Below are positions 13,107 through 15,664 of a stretch of 15,664 nucleotides of DNA, piece by piece. Both the position numbers and the translations under genes were made by a program. The notes under the pieces were generated by a model. That model was not told the DNA's origin. It ran no database searches and was given only the letters and a program-made list of their open reading frames with translations. The DNA is taken from contig CAYIER010000007.1 of the NCBI GenBank assembly GCA_964362395.1, positions 5,177-20,840 of the forward strand, read 5' to 3'. The first letter of the stretch is position 1. Each line of letters starts with the position of its first letter. The stretch is from an uncultured archaeon (GTDB lineage Archaea; Iainarchaeota; Iainarchaeia; Iainarchaeales; GW2011-AR10).

Positions 13107-14354
13107 ATGGTACAATACGAAAACATACTGGTTGTCTGCATTGACCGCGACAACGACCTTGGAAGAAAAGCACAGGTCAACGGGCCGGTCATTGGCCGCC
13201 AAAACAATCTCAATGCGGCAGGAAAGCTCGCGCTCGCCGACCCAGCGGACAGTGACGTGAACGCAATTTTTGCGGCAGTAAAAAAATTTGACGAAATAAA
13301 ACCATACTACAAAAACATTGAAATCGCGACATTCACCGGAGTAAGCAAGCTTGGATTTGAGTCCGACAAAAAAATAAACGAACAACTGGACTATGTGCTT
13401 GAAAAATTTCCAGCAGACGCATTCATCCTAGTGACCGACGGAGCAGAAGACGAACAACTGCTCCCAATCCTCCAGGGAAGGGCACCGGTAATGTCAAAAG
13501 AACTCGTGATAATCAAGCAGGCAAAAGAAGTTGAAGGGATATACTACTCGATAAAAGAAGCGCTTTCAGACCCCGAAATCGCAAGGATTGTTTTCCTTGT
13601 CCCAGGAATTGTTGTCCTGCTTTGGGGTGTTTTGTATTTCTTGGGAATGGAACGCATTTTTATTCAGTCAATTTCACTGGTAATCGGAGTATACCTGATA
13701 CTGAAAGGAACCGGCCTCGAGCAGGCAATTGCATCAGTGATTTCAAGCGTCACAAAGGCAATTTCGCTGCAAAGAGTCAGCTTCCCGTTTTACCTGACAA
13801 CGATTTTCATATTCATTATCGGCGTATACGCGTCGTTCCTTGCATTCAACGAAAACGCAAGCCAAGGGCTTGCCGGGCAGATTTCAACTGCAGCAGAGCA
13901 GCTCATAAACTTCACCGCCATTTCCGCATTATCCTTTGTCGCAGGCAAAAGCATTGACGCGATACAACTCAAAAAAGCACTTTTCATCAGAAAGTATTTT
14001 TTAAGCGGAGCCGCAATAATTCTTTTCTGGTTCATTGTCGACTCCGGCAGAAGGGTACTGATAGGCGAATCCTTTGCCGGAATAGAATTCTTTGCAACAA
14101 ACGTTATAATCAGCTTCCTTGTAGCATTCATAGCATACAGGGTTTCATCAGTGCTTGACGTGCAGCGCAAAGTAACGGCACTACTCATCGGGCTGCCGGT
14201 GTACGACAATCACGGAAAATGGATAGGCAAGGTCCAGACAATCTCAAAAAACAAAAAAACAATAGAAATAGAAAACAATAAAACAAAAGAAAAAAACACG
14301 CTCACAAAAGAAAAATTCGTGTTCAAAAACGGGAAAATAATGCTTGTGGCGTGA
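13107..14354 (+). CDS. DUF373-family archaeal membrane protein with a C-terminal soluble extension
   Basis: N-terminal ILVVCIDRDNDLGRKAQVNGPVIGRQNNLNAAGKLALADPADSDVNAIFAAV matches the DUF373 signature (LVLCIDRDDDLGRK..V.GPVIGR). It is followed by multiple TM helices and a Lys-rich C-terminal tail (PVYDNHGKWIGKVQTI...KNGKIMLVA). Confidence 0.7.
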   Translation: MVQYENILVVCIDRDNDLGRKAQVNGPVIGRQNNLNAAGKLALADPADSDVNAIFAAVKKFDEIKPYYKNIEIATFTGVSKLGFESDKKINEQLDYVLEKFPADAFILVTDGAEDEQLLPILQGRAPVMSKELVIIKQAKEVEGIYYSIKEALSDPEIARIVFLVPGIVVLLWGVLYFLGMERIFIQSISLVIGVYLILKGTGLEQAIASVISSVTKAISLQRVSFPFYLTTIFIFIIGVYASFLAFNENASQGLAGQISTAAEQLINFTAISALSFVAGKSIDAIQLKKALFIRKYFLSGAAIILFWFIVDSGRRVLIGESFAGIEFFATNVIISFLVAFIAYRVSSVLDVQRKVTALLIGLPVYDNHGKWIGKVQTISKNKKTIEIENNKTKEKNTLTKEKFVFKNGKIMLVA

Positions 14355-14365
14355 TTAAAAAAATT

Positions 14366-15664
14366 TCACCCGACAACTTTTTCAATTTTTTCTTTGATGA
14401 CCTTTGGCAAATTGAATGAAAGTATTCTTTCAAGGCCGTTTATTAGCTTCTGGTTTTTTGCGCTTTTTTCAAAAGCATTGTCAAACACGTCGCTTAGTTT
14501 TTCTGCAGGAATGATTTTTATCCTGCCTTTCTGTTCATCGGTGAGCACCAAGTCACCTACATTTGATTTTGGGATAATGACTTCCCTAAAACCCGCATTG
14601 ATTGCGGCAGACACCTTTGCCGTTATTCCCCCGACAGGCAAAACCTCGCCCTTGATGCTAAGGCTCCCAGTCATTGCCAAAGACTGCTTTACCGGAATCT
14701 GCTCAATAGCAGAAATCACGGCCGTGGCAACACTCACAGATGCAGAGTCCCCCTCAACGCCCGAATAGGTCTGCAAAAACTGGATATGCACATCGTAATT
14801 TGAAATGTCCTTGCCGGACAATTTTTTAATCAAAGCAGACACATTCTGGACCGCCTCTTTTGCAATCTCGCCAAGCTTTCCAGTCGCAATTGTTCTTCCT
14901 TCAGACTTGCTTGAAGCAGGAGCCACTTCCGCCTCAATCGGCAAAATCAGCCCCGCATCCCCCTCCCCTGTGACCGCAAGGCCGTTCACGCGGCCAATCA
15001 TGCTGCCCTCAAACTTGAAAATATCATAATCCCTTTTGTCATCAAGCATCCTTGAAACCATCTGCTGCTCAAGAGTCTTTGCAGACATCTTTGCCTCAAA
15101 CACGTCTTCCTCAAGAACCATTGCGTGGCCCTTTTCCTTTGCAATGTCACCCGCGGCACGCACCAGCCCGCCAAGATCCCGAAGCTTTAACGTCAGGCGG
15201 TTCTTTCTTCCTGCACGCTTTCTTGCCTCAAAAAGAATCGACTCAACCGCCTCATGCGAAAAATGCGGGATCTTGCCATCCTTTTTGACTTCCTGCGCGA
15301 CAAACTGCACAATCTTTTTCCGGTTATCCGGCGAATCAGGCATGTCAACGTTCATGTAAACCTCGTAACCATACCCCCTAATCCTACTGCGCAAAGCCGG
15401 ATGCACCCTTTCAAGCGCCTCATAGTTTCCCGCGGCAACCAAAACAAACTCCGTTGGAACAGGGTCTGTGCGGGTCATTGCACCAGAACTCATCTCGCTC
15501 TGGCCCGTAATCGAATACTTTTTTTCCTGCATTGCGGTCAACAATTCCTGCTGTGACTTCATGGAAAGCGTGGCAATCTCATCAATGAACAAAACACCGC
15601 CGCTGGACTTATGAATCAGGCCCGGCTCCACACGAAAATGCGGCGGAGTGCCAAGGCCGCCGGA
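14366..15664 (-). CDS. lon: ATP-dependent Lon protease, archaeal LonB type (C-terminal part; N-terminus beyond window)
   Basis: The frame is open to the window edge: [34 protein letters not shown] (Walker B region). Sensor and R-finger regions are present. The C-terminal proteolytic domain has the catalytic Ser in VEGDSASV and the Lys in GGITAKV. The listed ORF start at 15631 is an internal GTG (Val). Confidence 0.9.
   Translation of the reverse strand, partial: SGGLGTPPHFRVEPGLIHKSSGGVLFIDEIATLSMKSQQELLTAMQEKKYSITGQSEMSSGAMTRTDPVPTEFVLVAAGNYEALERVHPALRSRIRGYGYEVYMNVDMPDSPDNRKKIVQFVAQEVKKDGKIPHFSHEAVESILFEARKRAGRKNRLTLKLRDLGGLVRAAGDIAKEKGHAMVLEEDVFEAKMSAKTLEQQMVSRMLDDKRDYDIFKFEGSMIGRVNGLAVTGEGDAGLILPIEAEVAPASSKSEGRTIATGKLGEIAKEAVQNVSALIKKLSGKDISNYDVHIQFLQTYSGVEGDSASVSVATAVISAIEQIPVKQSLAMTGSLSIKGEVLPVGGITAKVSAAINAGFREVIIPKSNVGDLVLTDEQKGRIKIIPAEKLSDVFDNAFEKSAKNQKLINGLERILSFNLPKVIKEKIEKVVG

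Noticed and set aside
1-15664. CRISPR arrays, integrase/transposase genes, rRNA/tRNA genes
   Set aside because: No regularly spaced direct repeats, no recombinase-like ORF and no RNA gene signatures were seen anywhere in the window.

Overview
Archaeal-type chromosomal segment, identified from archaeal homologues of PCNA, PriL, RpoL, Csl4, LonB, DUF373 and an S26/Sec11-type signal peptidase. Gene starts are a mix of leaderless TATA-box promoters and SD-led ATG/GTG starts. The core genes are a P2-type Ca2+ ATPase, PriL primase large subunit, two diverged PCNA paralogs, RpiB, signal peptidase, RpoL, exosome Csl4, a DUF95/SpoIIM membrane protein, an SPFH/stomatin with a His-rich N-terminus, a DUF373 membrane protein and a partial LonB protease. 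A roughly 2.4 kb accessory islet (about 5740-8190) sits between rpiB and the second PCNA gene. It carries a class-II autoinhibited Fic AMPylase with a perfect 11-bp inverted-repeat operator over its own TATA box, plus an AbiEii nucleotidyltransferase and AbiEi wHTH pair in reversed order (toxin first, GTGA overlap). The most unusual element is at the left edge. An imperfect hexanucleotide tandem array has an SD+ATG-led minus-strand frame encoding a pure Arg/Ser (RS-dipeptide) low-complexity N-terminus. Next to it is a 350-nt strand-asymmetric CA-rich intergenic region with an (AC)9 microsatellite and about 43 nt of alternating purine/pyrimidine sequence. Two copies of a GCCCCGCC-N4-GGCGGG hairpin lie beside the promoters of PCNA1 and rpoL. 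No CRISPR array, tRNA, rRNA or integrase was seen.
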